Source: Azolla caroliniana
Lineage: Eukaryota > Plantae > Polypodiophyta
Direction of reading: 5' to 3'
Length of the DNA stretch: 64,000 nt
Assembly (NCBI GenBank): GCA_043228905.1
Contig: JBHGNT010000011.1
Span: 20,832,001-20,896,000, forward strand
Shown here piece after piece: positions 40,009-51,215 of this stretch. The position numbers and the translations under genes are program-made. Position 1 is the stretch's first letter. Each line of letters begins with the position of its first letter. The notes beneath the pieces were generated by a model, which did no database searches, had not been told where the DNA came from, and worked only from the letters and a program-made list of their open reading frames with translations.

Positions 40009-40729
40009 TAGGGATCGACAACGGCTCGGCTCAAGCCTAAACCGTTGAGCTAAAAACGATTTTGCGGCTTAGCGGCTTAGTGGCTCAACTCGGTTTAGGC
40101 TTGAGCCTACCTAAATGGTTTGAGCTCAGCTCGGCTCAGCTTGAGCCTTGCCAAACCCGATCAAACCGTTTTAGCAGTTTAAGCCATTTAAGCCGTTTAT
40201 GTGATTTACGAATTAGGGTTTAGAAAGTTAGAAGTTAGAACTTGAAAGTTGAGAGAGAGACATGAGTGAGGGAGAGAGAGCTTGCATAGTGGACGATCAA
40301 GGGACCTCCCTTGCTATTCAGTGTTATATACATTCTTTGGAGAAGGATTGGATCACCGAGAGTGATAGGTCGCCATAGCCTCAGGCCTCATGGTTCAGGT
40401 GGTGTGGGGCAGGGGATTCATTGATGTCAGCCAACCAATCACAGTAGTCTACAAAGAGGAAGTCGTGGAGGTGGGATTTGGAGTTGAGTTTGACTCATCA
40501 GTGGTAAAGCCGAGGGGGTGGGAGTTATGAGGAGGAGAAGAAGAGTAGGAGGAAGTGGTAGTGGTAGCGGTAGTGGTGTTTTTTGGGTATCTTCAGCTTT
40601 TTTGTGCCAAACCAGTTTAGGGATAAGTTCGGTTTAGGTTTGAGAACCCCAAAACGTTTTAGGCTTAACCGATTTGTCTTGGATAAGGCCAAACCGGTTA
40701 AGCCTAAACCGAACCGTTGTCAATTCCTA
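40009..40729. mobile_element. Non-autonomous hAT-type element (MITE), 721 bp
   Basis: TIRs TAGGGATCGACAACGGCTCGG and (revcomp) TAGGAATTGACAACGGTTCGG. Subterminal AAACCG/CGGTT motif clusters. 8-bp flanks AATTGAAG and GATCGAAG (6/8, decayed TSD). Confidence 0.8.
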
Positions 40730-41646
40730 GATCGAAGGATACTAATGAAAACAATTTAAAGTTCATTATACAAAAGCCTATGGCTATACATTCAAGTCTA
40801 ACAATGCTTGCATTCTAAAAAACAACTAATGTTTTTTTGTTTGAGGTCGTGCATGGTAATGTTACTCCTAATTTCACATTCAACAATTGAAGGGATTAAA
40901 ATCAATACTATTGTGTGGTCAAAGAGCTTGTTAATTTAGAATGACAATTTTTCTATGAGGACAAGCTATTGACCACAATCGAGAAGCTTTTTAAAGTGTG
41001 ACTTCTAACCATTGTGGACAATCATTCATGGTACACCAATGACTATGGATTATCTATCCATAATGTCAATCAATCTTCGTACTTTAAACCTTATCCAAAC
41101 TTTTCATACTTGCAAGTCATAATTCACTTGAAAGAAATCTAATTTACACACATGACTGCTTATATTGAATAATGACATATGAAATGTAACAACAAATTGT
41201 TCCCATTTACAACTACACTTACTACTATTATGATTCTAACAATTGCATAGCACAACAATAATCACATGAGTATTCATGATACCTCTATGTGATGGATGAT
41301 CTATTCATAACTTCGAAATCAATCTACGTGCTATCTAACTCATCCAACATTTTGCTCGGTGAGTTCACAAATGAATGTAGGAGCAAAGTTACCAATGTTG
41401 TGAATCAATATTTGTATTAAGGAAATCCAATTTATATGATGGAATTGTTTGCATTAAATCATTCACTCGTGAGATGTAAGAAGAAAACATATCAATGTTT
41501 TGAAGTTATTCTTCATATCATTAGAACTCTTCGAAATTACAATGACACTTACTACAATTATGACTCTAACCCTCACACGATACAATGCTAAACTCAACAT
41601 GTACTCCTTGCATATTTTATGTTATATAATTGGGTTTTAGGGTTTT

Positions 41647-41927
41647 TGTGAAGAATGAGAGACGTAGGTGATGTTGTGCAATGGAAGTGAGCTATGTGTG
41701 TGAGTGCACGTAAGGCAAGACAAAGAGAGAGAGCTTTAACAAGAAGTTGTATCTTTGCATACAAGGATGAATTACATCCGACAATAACTAAGTTACAAGG
41801 AATTGGTTTAAATACCATATGGTCTAGGGTGAGTGCCCTTTCTACTAATTACAAAACTAGCCTAGTATGATGTCCACTTACTAATGTGAACACTATCTCT
41901 ATGGGAAGTTGAGTTTGACTCTCAACA
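41647..41927 (-). repeat. 3' LTR of the copia element (281 bp)
   Basis: Direct repeat of 45671-45959, roughly 90% identical by eye. Confidence 0.93.
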
Positions 41928-42232
41928 TGTCCCTTTGAACACAACTTCTAGATGTCGAAAAGTTGGTTCAGTTCGATCTTCAAAAAACTTTGATTCGGCT
42001 GAATTGGCTTCGACTTTCGAGTTGATTCGGTTGTTCGGCTCAATTGCACAAATGGTCAGTCAAAATCGGTTTCGACTGTGCGATTGCTTCATGCTCCTTG
42101 TTCGGTTTGATTATCATCGTACTTCGACTACTTTGTTCAGCTGATCGACTACTGTTTGACTTCGACTATGACTACTGTACTCCCCCTCAAGCACGATTGA
42201 TCGGTAATCGAGGGGCCAAGGTTCGACGCGAA

Positions 42233-45200
42233 CTACTGCAGCTTGTCGATACCTAGGGCATTTGTGAATATGTTGGCCACCGGAAGATTCGTGTTGATGT
42301 GTTGTAAATCGATATATCCAACCTGAACGTGCTCCCGAATGAAGTGGTAGTAAATTTCAATATGGTTAGTATGCACGTGGAACATGGGGTTTCGACCAGG
42401 TAGATATTGCTCATGTTGTCGCACCATAGGAGAATCAGATCCTTGGTAAGAGCGCCCAAATCCTTCAATATGCGCTTCAACCAAATAACCTCGCATGCGG
42501 CGATTGTCGTGCCCTTGTATTCGGCTTTTGTGCTCGACAATGCGATTGTCGGTTGCTTTTTGCTGCTCCAAGAGATCGCTCTGTGGCCAAGGGAGAAGAC
42601 AAAACCTTACGTTGATCGTCTATTGGCCTTATAGCTGGCCCAATCTACATCTATATACCCTTCGAGCCAAATGATCGTATCCGACTTGTATATGATGCTG
42701 AAATCCATCTTCCCGCAAACATACCGAAGTACCCTCTTAGCGCAATCGAGATGAACATTTCGAGGATTCTGCATGAATTGGCTAAGTAGGCCGACCGAAT
42801 AACGGAGGTCAAATCGTGAGAGAGTTAAATAGAGTAGGCTATCGATTAGTTGGTGGTATTGAGTGAGAGTCAGCTCACAATCTTCTGTTCCTGAATCGAC
42901 ATCGAGCTTGAGATTTCAATCAAGAGGGGTAGACACATATTTGCACTCAGTCATCCCGAACTTGTAGAATAGGTTAAGAATGTAGTGTCGTTGAGAGGTC
43001 AATATTCCGATTGGTGTCCAAATTATGTTGATACCGAGGAAATAATGGAGCACGTGCATATATTTCATTTCGAATATGCCAAATAGTAGTGATTTGACCT
43101 TAGTAATGTCGGTTAGATTCTTTCCTCCGATTACCAAATCATCCACGTATAGGATGATGACAATCAGGTTGTTAGACTCGGTTTTGATGTACAAGGAGTT
43201 GTCTAATTTTGACATTTGAAAAGCCGATTTGATGAAGGTACTGGGTGATCTTCGAATGCCAAGCACATGGTGCTTTCTTGAGTCCGTATAGAGGCTTCTT
43301 GAGTCAGTAGATTGCTTTCGGGTGTTTTCTCGATTCAAAACCGGGTGGTTGAATCATGAAGACCTCCTCTTCTAATTTGCCTTGTAGGAAGGCGTTCTTC
43401 ACATCCATTTGGTGGAGGTGCCACCCTTTTGCAGCTGCAAGTGCAATAACTGTCTGTATAGTCGTCATCTTTGCCATTGGGGCAAAGGTCTCCTCGTAAT
43501 CGATGTCGTGCGTTTGAGCATATCCCTTGGCTACGAGCCGTGCTTTGTAACAATTTACCGAATCGTCTGCATTGTATTTTACCATATATATCCTCCGACA
43601 ACCGATCGCTTTCTTATGTGGAGAATGGGGGACGAGATCGGTAGGTTCTTCTCGTTCATCATGGCCCTTGCTACCTCTACTATATGCCGATTCATTCGTT
43701 CAGCTACTCCGTTTTGCTGAGGTGTGTGTTAACATGAGAATTCTCATTGAAATCCTTCCTTTCAGAGGTATGTCGTAAATTCGTCGGAGAAGTACTCCTT
43801 GCCTCCGTCCAATCGAAAGCATCAGACATGTCGACTTGTTGCGTTTTTTACTTCATTTTTGAATCTTTGGAATTGTCCGAACACTTGGCTCTTTTGCCGC
43901 ATAGGGTAGATCCAGGTGTGCCTAGAGAAGTTGTCAATGAATGTGACATAATATTGGCATTCGTCAAATGTGGTTGTCTATGCCGGTCCCCATACATTTG
44001 AATTTACTACATCCAGGACCCCTTTACTCACATTCCTCTCTTTCGGGAATGGTTGTCGGTGTTGTTTGCTAATTTGACAGGCTTCGCATACACCTGCAAT
44101 CTCCTTTTTGGTAAATGTCGGGAGTTTGATTACGACTCCTTTCGACTGCATTCCTTTAAGCTTTTGGAATTTGATGTGGCCAATTCGCTTGTGTCACAGT
44201 TTCAAGTCGGTTTCGGCTTTGAGGCCTTTCGCAAACATAGCCGACTTCACCTCGTTCGATTCGAGGATGAACACTCGGCCTTCTCTTTGATTGTGAGCTA
44301 CTAGTTGGACGTCTTTCTCAATAAAGCACCCTTTGTTATTGAATCGTACTTTCATGCCTTGTTCAATAATCTGGCCTACCGAGACCAGGTATTTTGTGAT
44401 GGTTGGGACATGTAGTACGTTCTTTAGGTAGGTTTGTTTGCTGTCGTTCCCGAATGGGACATTTTCGACATGCCGAACCGGGTGAGTTGTGTTGTCTTCG
44501 ATTTTGACATAGCCAGGTCAATCATGCTTTCTCAACTCTCAGAACCAGTCTTCATGTGATTGGACGCTCCATAGTCTACATCGTCTAGGGAAGAGGTGCT
44601 AGTCGGACCCTGTGCCAACATCGAATGCGCTTTATGCCTCATTACGAACATCCCGCCATGATCGTCATAATCAAAATTCGTGGCATAGTTTGTGAGTTGT
44701 CGGTTAGTCGATGCTAACTCTCATTTCTTCTTTTGACACTCCTCTTCGTAGTGGCCGAGTTTTCCACAATACCCGCATTCAATCGAGTTGTTGTGATGGC
44801 TCTGTCTGGTAGGATGGCTCCCCCTTCTGCCGAACTCCCTATAATTGTTCCCATCGTCTTGCCATTGGTGGGAGTTGCGTTCTCGGGTCGGCTGACCTTG
44901 TTGCCCTCGGCCAAATCGACCTTTATTTCCTCGGTCGAATCCTCTTCTATCATCCGAATGGGAGTAAAACATTTGACCATCAGGAGCATTGCTCCGTTGT
45001 CTTCCATCCATAGTATCGACTGAAGGTAAAAAAATGAAGGTGGGTTCTCCCTTGCAATAATGGCCGATCTAATCGTGCCAAATCGTGGTGCTAAGCCGCT
45101 GAGGCAAATTTGCACCATTTTGTCATTGTCAATGAGGACGTTGATCGATCCGAGAGGATCACACAGATCCTCGATCTTCAAGGTATAACTGGTGATCGAT

Positions 45201-45566
45201 ATGTCCCTTTGTTGCATATTGTTTAATTCATGTCGGAGTTGGAGCTTACGTGTAGTCGTGTTGGTTGTGAAAATCTTCTTGAGATTGCCCCAAGCTTCTT
45301 TTTGCGTTTTCGACTCTCGAATATAGCTGAGCATGTGATCGTGAATGCATGATGCAAGGCAATACAACACACGGCTTGCAGCTTGCAACTTGCTCCCATG
45401 CTGGGTAGTCAGCGTGTGTTGGGTTGGGTTGCGTTTCGTGAGCTCCTTTGACATAGCTCTAGTAACCTTGTCCGACAAGGTATTGATGCATCTTGTATTC
45501 CCAATATGCAAAGTTGATCTTGTCGAGCTTCTCCGTAGGAAGAGCGCTTCCCATCTGAGTATTCAT
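42233..45566 (-). pseudogene. Disrupted gag-pol polyprotein of the copia element
   Basis: Starts MNTQMGSALPTEKLDKINFAYWEYKMHQYLVGQGY followed by a stop. Fragments continue in different frames (ORFs 44714-45511, 44721-45011, 43304-43585, 42916-43338, 42233-42571). Confidence 0.9.
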
Positions 45567-45670
45567 GATGTCGATTTCTTCTATGTTGTCGAACCGGTTA
45601 TGTTGATCGTCGGTGTGCAACACAACACAGTCAATTAAGCTTGATTATATAACCACTCGCTCTGATACCA

Positions 45671-45959
45671 TGTGAAGAATGAGAGACGTAGGTGATGTTG
45701 TGCAATGGAAGCGAGCTATGTGTGTGTGAATGCACGTAAGGCAAAACAAAGAGAGAGGGAGAGACCTTAAACAATAAGTTGTATCTTTGCATGAGAGAAT
45801 GAATTACATCCGACATTAACTATGTTACAAGGAGTTGGTTTAAATACCAACTAGTCTAGGGCAAGTGCCCTTTCTACTAATTACAAAGCTAGCCTAGTAT
45901 GATGTCCACTTACTAGTGTGAACACTATCTCTATGGGAAGTTGAGTTCGATGGTCAACA
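45671..45959 (-). repeat. 5' LTR of the copia element (289 bp)
   Basis: Abuts the PBS, has TG...CA termini and is followed by the TSD. Confidence 0.93.
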
Positions 45960-46380
45960 GTTTTAAATGAGTTCTAACTTATTATGAATCCACACTTATT
46001 ATATGCAAGTTCCTTAATTGCATAACTTTTAATAATGGATTGATTATGTGTGAATATGATTCATTAAACATTAAAATATAGCTACATTTATTATATCCTA
46101 AACCTTGATCCTTGCTTGCATCATGTCCCATGGAAAGAAACCCAATTACCACCCATTCTAGGCAAGACATATGAACCTTGGTTTGAAAGCTACATTTAAC
46201 GTGATGACCACAAGCTCTTTCAAACCAAGGTTGCGAACTCCCTTAAGGTGGAGCATGGACCAAATGTCATTGGTCAACATGTGGCAGAATCGTTGAAAAC
46301 CGAGCTTATGTAGCAATACGAGAAGGAGAACAGTTTCAACTCAAAGACTGTATGGCGATGTAACTCTTCACGAGATTAAT

Positions 46381-46508
46381 AAGCCGACGTGGAACGTTAG
46401 GCGCCATATTCAATGGAAGTATGACCGATGAAGCCGACGTGGAACGTTAGGCGCCATATTCAATAGAAGTATGACCGATGAAGCCAACGTGGAACGTTAG
46501 ACGCCATA
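46381..46508 (+). repeat. 50-bp tandem repeat (2.6 copies) upstream of UAP56
   Basis: AAGCCGACGTGGAACGTTAGGCGCCATATTCAATRGAAGTATGACCGATG at 46381 and 46431, partial at 46481. Confidence 0.95.
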
Positions 46509-46818
46509 ACTCAAGAAATTTTAAGACTTTTCTTGTCCATTTGTATGTCCGAAAATGTCATAGAATCGGCTTGTTAGAGCATGTCCACAATCACTGGATA
46601 TTTTTCGGCTCCCACGTCCTCCTCATTCTGACTTTACTCTGAGTTCCTCTTTTCGTTGCTAATATTATTAGTCCATCCCAGTTTGTTTTCTAAGACTAAG
46701 CCTGATCCATATAAGCAAGGAAAGCAGAAAGCAGAAAGCAGAAAGCAGAAAGCAGAAGCATGAAAAGCAATACCAAAAAGCAAAAAGCGAGAAAAGGAAA
46801 AAATAAAGAAGACCAGAG

Positions 46819-46855
46819 ATTAGGGTTTGTAGTTTACTCTGTTTTTTCGAACAGC

Positions 46856-46905
<50 letters not shown>
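46819..46905 (+). promoter_or_regulatory. Telo-box (ATTAGGGTTT) followed by a (GA)n GAGA tract in the UAP56 promoter/5' leader
   Basis: ATTAGGGTTT at 46819-46828 (revcomp AAACCCTAAT) and an (AG)n run at about 46859-46904. Telo-boxes are typical of plant translation and RNA-processing genes. Probable 5'UTR intron 47031-47763 (CAG|GTAATC ... TTTCTCAG). Confidence 0.6.
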
Positions 46906-46909
<4 letters not shown>

Positions 46910-47773
46910 CACAGAGGGAGAGCGAGCGAGCGAGCGAGAGATCCCGTCGAGATTCGACAGAGAAAGAAGCTAGCGCTACTGTTTTTTTTTTGTTGTTCTT
47001 TGCCCAAGAGAAGAAAGTTTCATAAACCAGGTAATCCTCCTTTATTCTCTGTACTTTTCCTTTCACTTCTCTCTGAAGTTAGATTTCGTAGTCTCTCATC
47101 TCTGTATCTCTCTGTTCAAACCATGTCAAATTTGACCTATAATTGAAATGGTTTCTTTCCTTCTGCTTTTCTCTCTGTCTTTTATTTTTATTTTTATCCT
47201 GTGCTTTTTGGAAGCTGAGTTCGACCTTGAAATAATGGATTTCGGTTTCGTTTCCGCGGCCTTTCCTTTTGAACTGTTTCTTGTTCTTTGCCTGTGTTTT
47301 CTGAAGTAGATATTTGACCTAGAAGCAATTGATTTCAGTTTCTCTTCCGTGGCTTTTTCGCATGAACTGTTTATTGTTCTCTGCCTGTGTTCTTGGATGC
47401 AGGAATATTGAGCAAGAAACAGGGATTTTAGTATTTCTTCCGGGTCTTTAATTACGAACTATGTATTGTTTCTTGCCCATAGAAGTAAAAAATTTGTCCT
47501 ATTAACTATTGAAGCTCTTTTTATTGTTTGAACGCTAGCATTGCTTTTGTTCTTGTTCTTTAACTCCTGTAAAATACCATAACTTTGAAAAGAATGGCCG
47601 TCTTCTATCTTCCTGAGTCATTCAGTGATGCGTCCTCTCACCTTATTTTGGTTTTGTTTTAATTGTTGTTTTCAAAGGGGATGAAAGGATGCCTTTCTTG
47701 ATTTGGTGATTGGGGATCATTATTCCTGTGATTTTGTCAATTCACGGGCTTTTTATTTCTCAGGTTCGGAAAC

Positions 47774-50700
47774 ATGGGAGACATGAAGGACGTTGACACC
47801 TATCAAGAGGAGCTCCTCGACTATGAAGAAGAAGAAGAAGCTGCACCTGATGCTGTTGCAACCAAAGCAAATGGAGGCAAAAAGTAAGTTCCAGAGTTCT
47901 AGGCCTGAGCACTTCCAAGTAAAAAAAATCATTAGCAAAGAGATTAAGGTCAAAAAGATGGCCTTCAACTCATTATTAAGCTGCGTCAGCCAAAAATCAA
48001 GGTTTAAGCTAAAGTAATTTCATTACAAGTTGGTCTTCTTCTTGAGTGTTCTGGGCCCTTTCAAGTGTAACTTGGGTGTGCTGATGAATCAATGCTTGAT
48101 TCAAATTCATCTCTATCATGTTAAACTGGAACTTATTGTTTGTGGCGAATTCGACACCTATAAGAACAGAAAGGACAAGCCAATTCCTATGAGATTGATG
48201 CTTGTATGAGAATGGAAAGGACATGGCAATTTTCAGGGTACTCTTCATCTGAAGAACACTATATCCATGACTTCAGCATTGTGTACTTACCAGTGGTCTT
48301 GGAAGTTACTATGTTTTTCTTGCTCTCCACATGATGGTAGAGGGACACGTTGGTTATATCCGTAGGGTCATGGGTCCTGGCGTAGGGATTTGTAGTTTAA
48401 CAATCAGAGAATTTCGGCTTGGTCAGAGAAAGATAGTACTTCAAAATCTGAAGATTATCTACTTATTTTTTTTGCAAAATGGTGCTTTTGGTCAGTCTTG
48501 AGGAGTTCATGATTGAACATGGAAATCAGACTTACCACATCTCCTTTCAAGAGCTTAAGATGGAGACTTTCCTATTGTATACTGCTCGTGGTTACTGCGA
48601 TGTTGATTAACCTGGAATATACAGTATGATTAAGAGAATATTAGGTTTATGATGCAAGCTCATGTCACAATAGTATCTGTTAAGAAATACAGTGACAACA
48701 TATGCCGAATCTAGGAGGTAAGTAGTTTTCTCTCCTTGAGTGTCTACTTGCGATGTGTTCACCATTTTAGTTGCAGAGTCAGAAAATGATGGATGGTTCT
48801 TCACCTTCTTCAAATTGAAGCTGTATGTATCATATTCGAAATCTTGAGTAGCTCTTCTGAAAAAATACTCATATGTTTTCCCATCCTCTTTTCATTTCCC
48901 TCATTCATACTTGTGATTGTTGCCTCAAAATCTGTGGAAAAGAAATTTTAAGTGAAGCATGGTTTAATTTGTTCTTGTTTAACTTGTCATTGCGAGAGTA
49001 ATTTGGTTTAGGTTTTGCTGTTTATATAGTTAAATCTTTGGAATAATTTTGAACTGCATGAATGTGTACTGATCTATCACAAGGAGAACGTATAGAAGTC
49101 TTTTTGTGCATGTTGTCATTCTAATGCGACATTTGTGCAGAGGATATGTGGGTATCCATAGTTCAGGTTTTAGGGATTTCCTTCTTAAACCAGAGTTGCT
49201 CCGAGCTATCGTCGATTCTGGATTTGAACACCCCTCTGAAGGTCAGTGGTTTTTCTCCTTTGAAGGTTACTTACATGCATTACATAATGATTTCAGAGGA
49301 GTTACGGTTTTCCTTGTAGTTAATTTCAAGTATATTTTGCAGTTCAACATGAGTGTATTCCTCAAGCAATATTGGGAATGGATGTTATTTGCCAAGCAAA
49401 GTCAGGAATGGGTAAAACTGCAGTATTTGTGCTTTCGACTCTTCAACAGATTGAACCTGTCAGTGGTCAAGTTGCAGCACTTGTGCTTTGTCATACACGT
49501 GAATTAGCATACCAGGCGAGATAATTTTTTATTTATTTTCTTGAGTTTATGAAACCATTGAATGCAGCTAGTAACATTGTTTTGAATAATAAATCATAAT
49601 TTGTTTCTTTTGTTCCCACAGATCTGCCATGAATTTGAGAGATTTAGTACCTATCTTCCAGATCTGAAAGTTGCAGTGTTTTATGGGGGTGTTAATATTA
49701 AAACTCACAAGGAGCTTTTAAAAAATGAGTGTCCCCATGTTGTTGTTGGAACACCTGGAAGAGTTCTAGGTTTGGCAAGAGACAAGGATTTGAACTTAAA
49801 AAGTGTGAGGCATTTTATCCTTGATGAGTGTGACAAGATGCTTGACTCTCTTGGTAAGAGACAGCGCTGGTGACAGTATTGTACTAAATTGTAATCAACA
49901 TTGTGAAATGAATATGCTTATTTTTTCTCTCAATTCAGACATGCGAAAAGATGTGCAAGAAATATTCAAATTAACGCCACATGACAAGCAAGTCATGATG
50001 TTCTCTGCTACTCTGAGCAAGGAGATTCGCCCCATTTGCAAGAAGTTTATGCAGGATGTAAGGCATCACTTCCACATTTGGAACTTTGTTTGATTATTAT
50101 TATATATCGTATGAATCTCCTGAGATTAGATTTGTTTATTGAAGTATCTGGAAGTAGATCTTTATAAACTGATATTATTTCTGTTACAGCCCATGGAGAT
50201 CTATGTGGATGATGAGGCTAAGCTGACATTGCATGGTCTTGTGCAGGTTTTCTAACTAATCTGAACTACATTTTATAGGTTTTAATGACTTTGTTTTGCT
50301 AAGTGGATTTTGAATTTTCTATTGTGATAGCACTACATTAAGCTGAGCGAGAAAGAGAAAAACCGGAAGTTGAATGACCTCTTGGATGCTTTGGATTTCA
50401 ATCAAGTGGTGATATTTGTTAAGAGTGTCAGTAGGGCAGCCGAACTAAATAAACTTCTTGTGGAGTGTAATTTCCCCTCAATCTGTATCCATTCGGGCAT
50501 GTCACAGGAAGAAAGGTTTGGTCTGATTGCAGATATATGGTAATTAATGATTAATGGTGAACTTGAATTCATTCTATTTATATGTTTCTGTGGCACAGGT
50601 TAACTCGATACAAAGGTTTTAAGGAAGGACATAAGAGGATATTGGTTGCTACTGACTTGGTAGGCAGGGGTATAGATATAGAGCGAGTTAACATTGTCAT

Positions 50701-51215
50701 TAACTATGATATGCCAGAGGCAGCTGATACGTACCTTCATAGGGTAATCAATACTTATTTCAATGCTCAATATGCCTTCCTTCCTCTATTTGACGCTTTC
50801 TAAGTAGTTTGTTTCTTTCATTAATTAATAGGTTGGACGGGCTGGTCGTTTTGGCACTAAAGGCTTGGCAATAACATTTGTTGCATCCACTGAAGACTCA
50901 AATGTTCTCAATCAGGCAAGAGTCTCTCCTGAATAAAAAGATATATCCAGAATGAAATGATCGATCTTTAACATATTGCAAGATAAAGCCAAATATGCCA
51001 AATTTGAAGGGAAAAAACCTGAAAATGGTGTGTGCTAACTACTTCAGGTGCAAGAGAGGTTCGAAGTGGATATTAAAGAGTTACCAGAGCAAATCGATAC
51101 ATCCACATATAGTGAGTTTTACCAGAATTGGTTTGTGTTGGGCTTAAGATTTTTTAAGATTGGGCATTGAAATTGTGCTAACTCATGGGTCTTTTGACAT
51201 GCAGTGCCTTCGTAA
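47774..51215 (+). CDS. UAP56: DECD-box ATP-dependent RNA helicase UAP56 (RH15/RH56, DDX39B ortholog), 426 aa
   Basis: Exons 47774-47883, 49141-49241, 49343-49515, 49622-49853, 49939-50057, 50190-50246, 50331-50515, 50599-50743, 50832-50915, 51048-51111, 51205-51215, total 1281 nt. Motifs [53 protein letters not shown]. The introns after 49515 and 50915 have GC donors. Confidence 0.97.

Larger units (their letters stand above)
41647..45959 (-). mobile_element. Ty1/copia LTR retrotransposon, both ends intact but internally deleted and frameshifted
   Basis: LTRs 41647-41927 and 45671-45959 (TG...CA), perfect TSD GTTTT (41642-46 and 45960-64), PBS TGGTATCAGAGC (tRNA-iMet type) at 45670-45659. 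Internal order gag (zinc knuckle CGYCGKLGHYEEEC), protease, integrase, RT (YKARLVAKGY, QMDVKNAFLQG, LYVDDL), RNase H (HIEIYYHFIRE). Confidence 0.96.

Noticed and set aside
46381-46508. CRISPR-like appearance of the 50-bp repeats
   Set aside because: The units are contiguous with no unique spacers, the context is eukaryotic and there are no cas genes.
47884-49140. Box C/D snoRNA in the UAP56 intron (the vertebrate ortholog hosts snoRNAs)
   Set aside because: Only partial boxes (CTGATGA at about 48081, CTGA at about 48249), with no terminal stem or rRNA antisense element that I could verify. Needs snoscan or Rfam.
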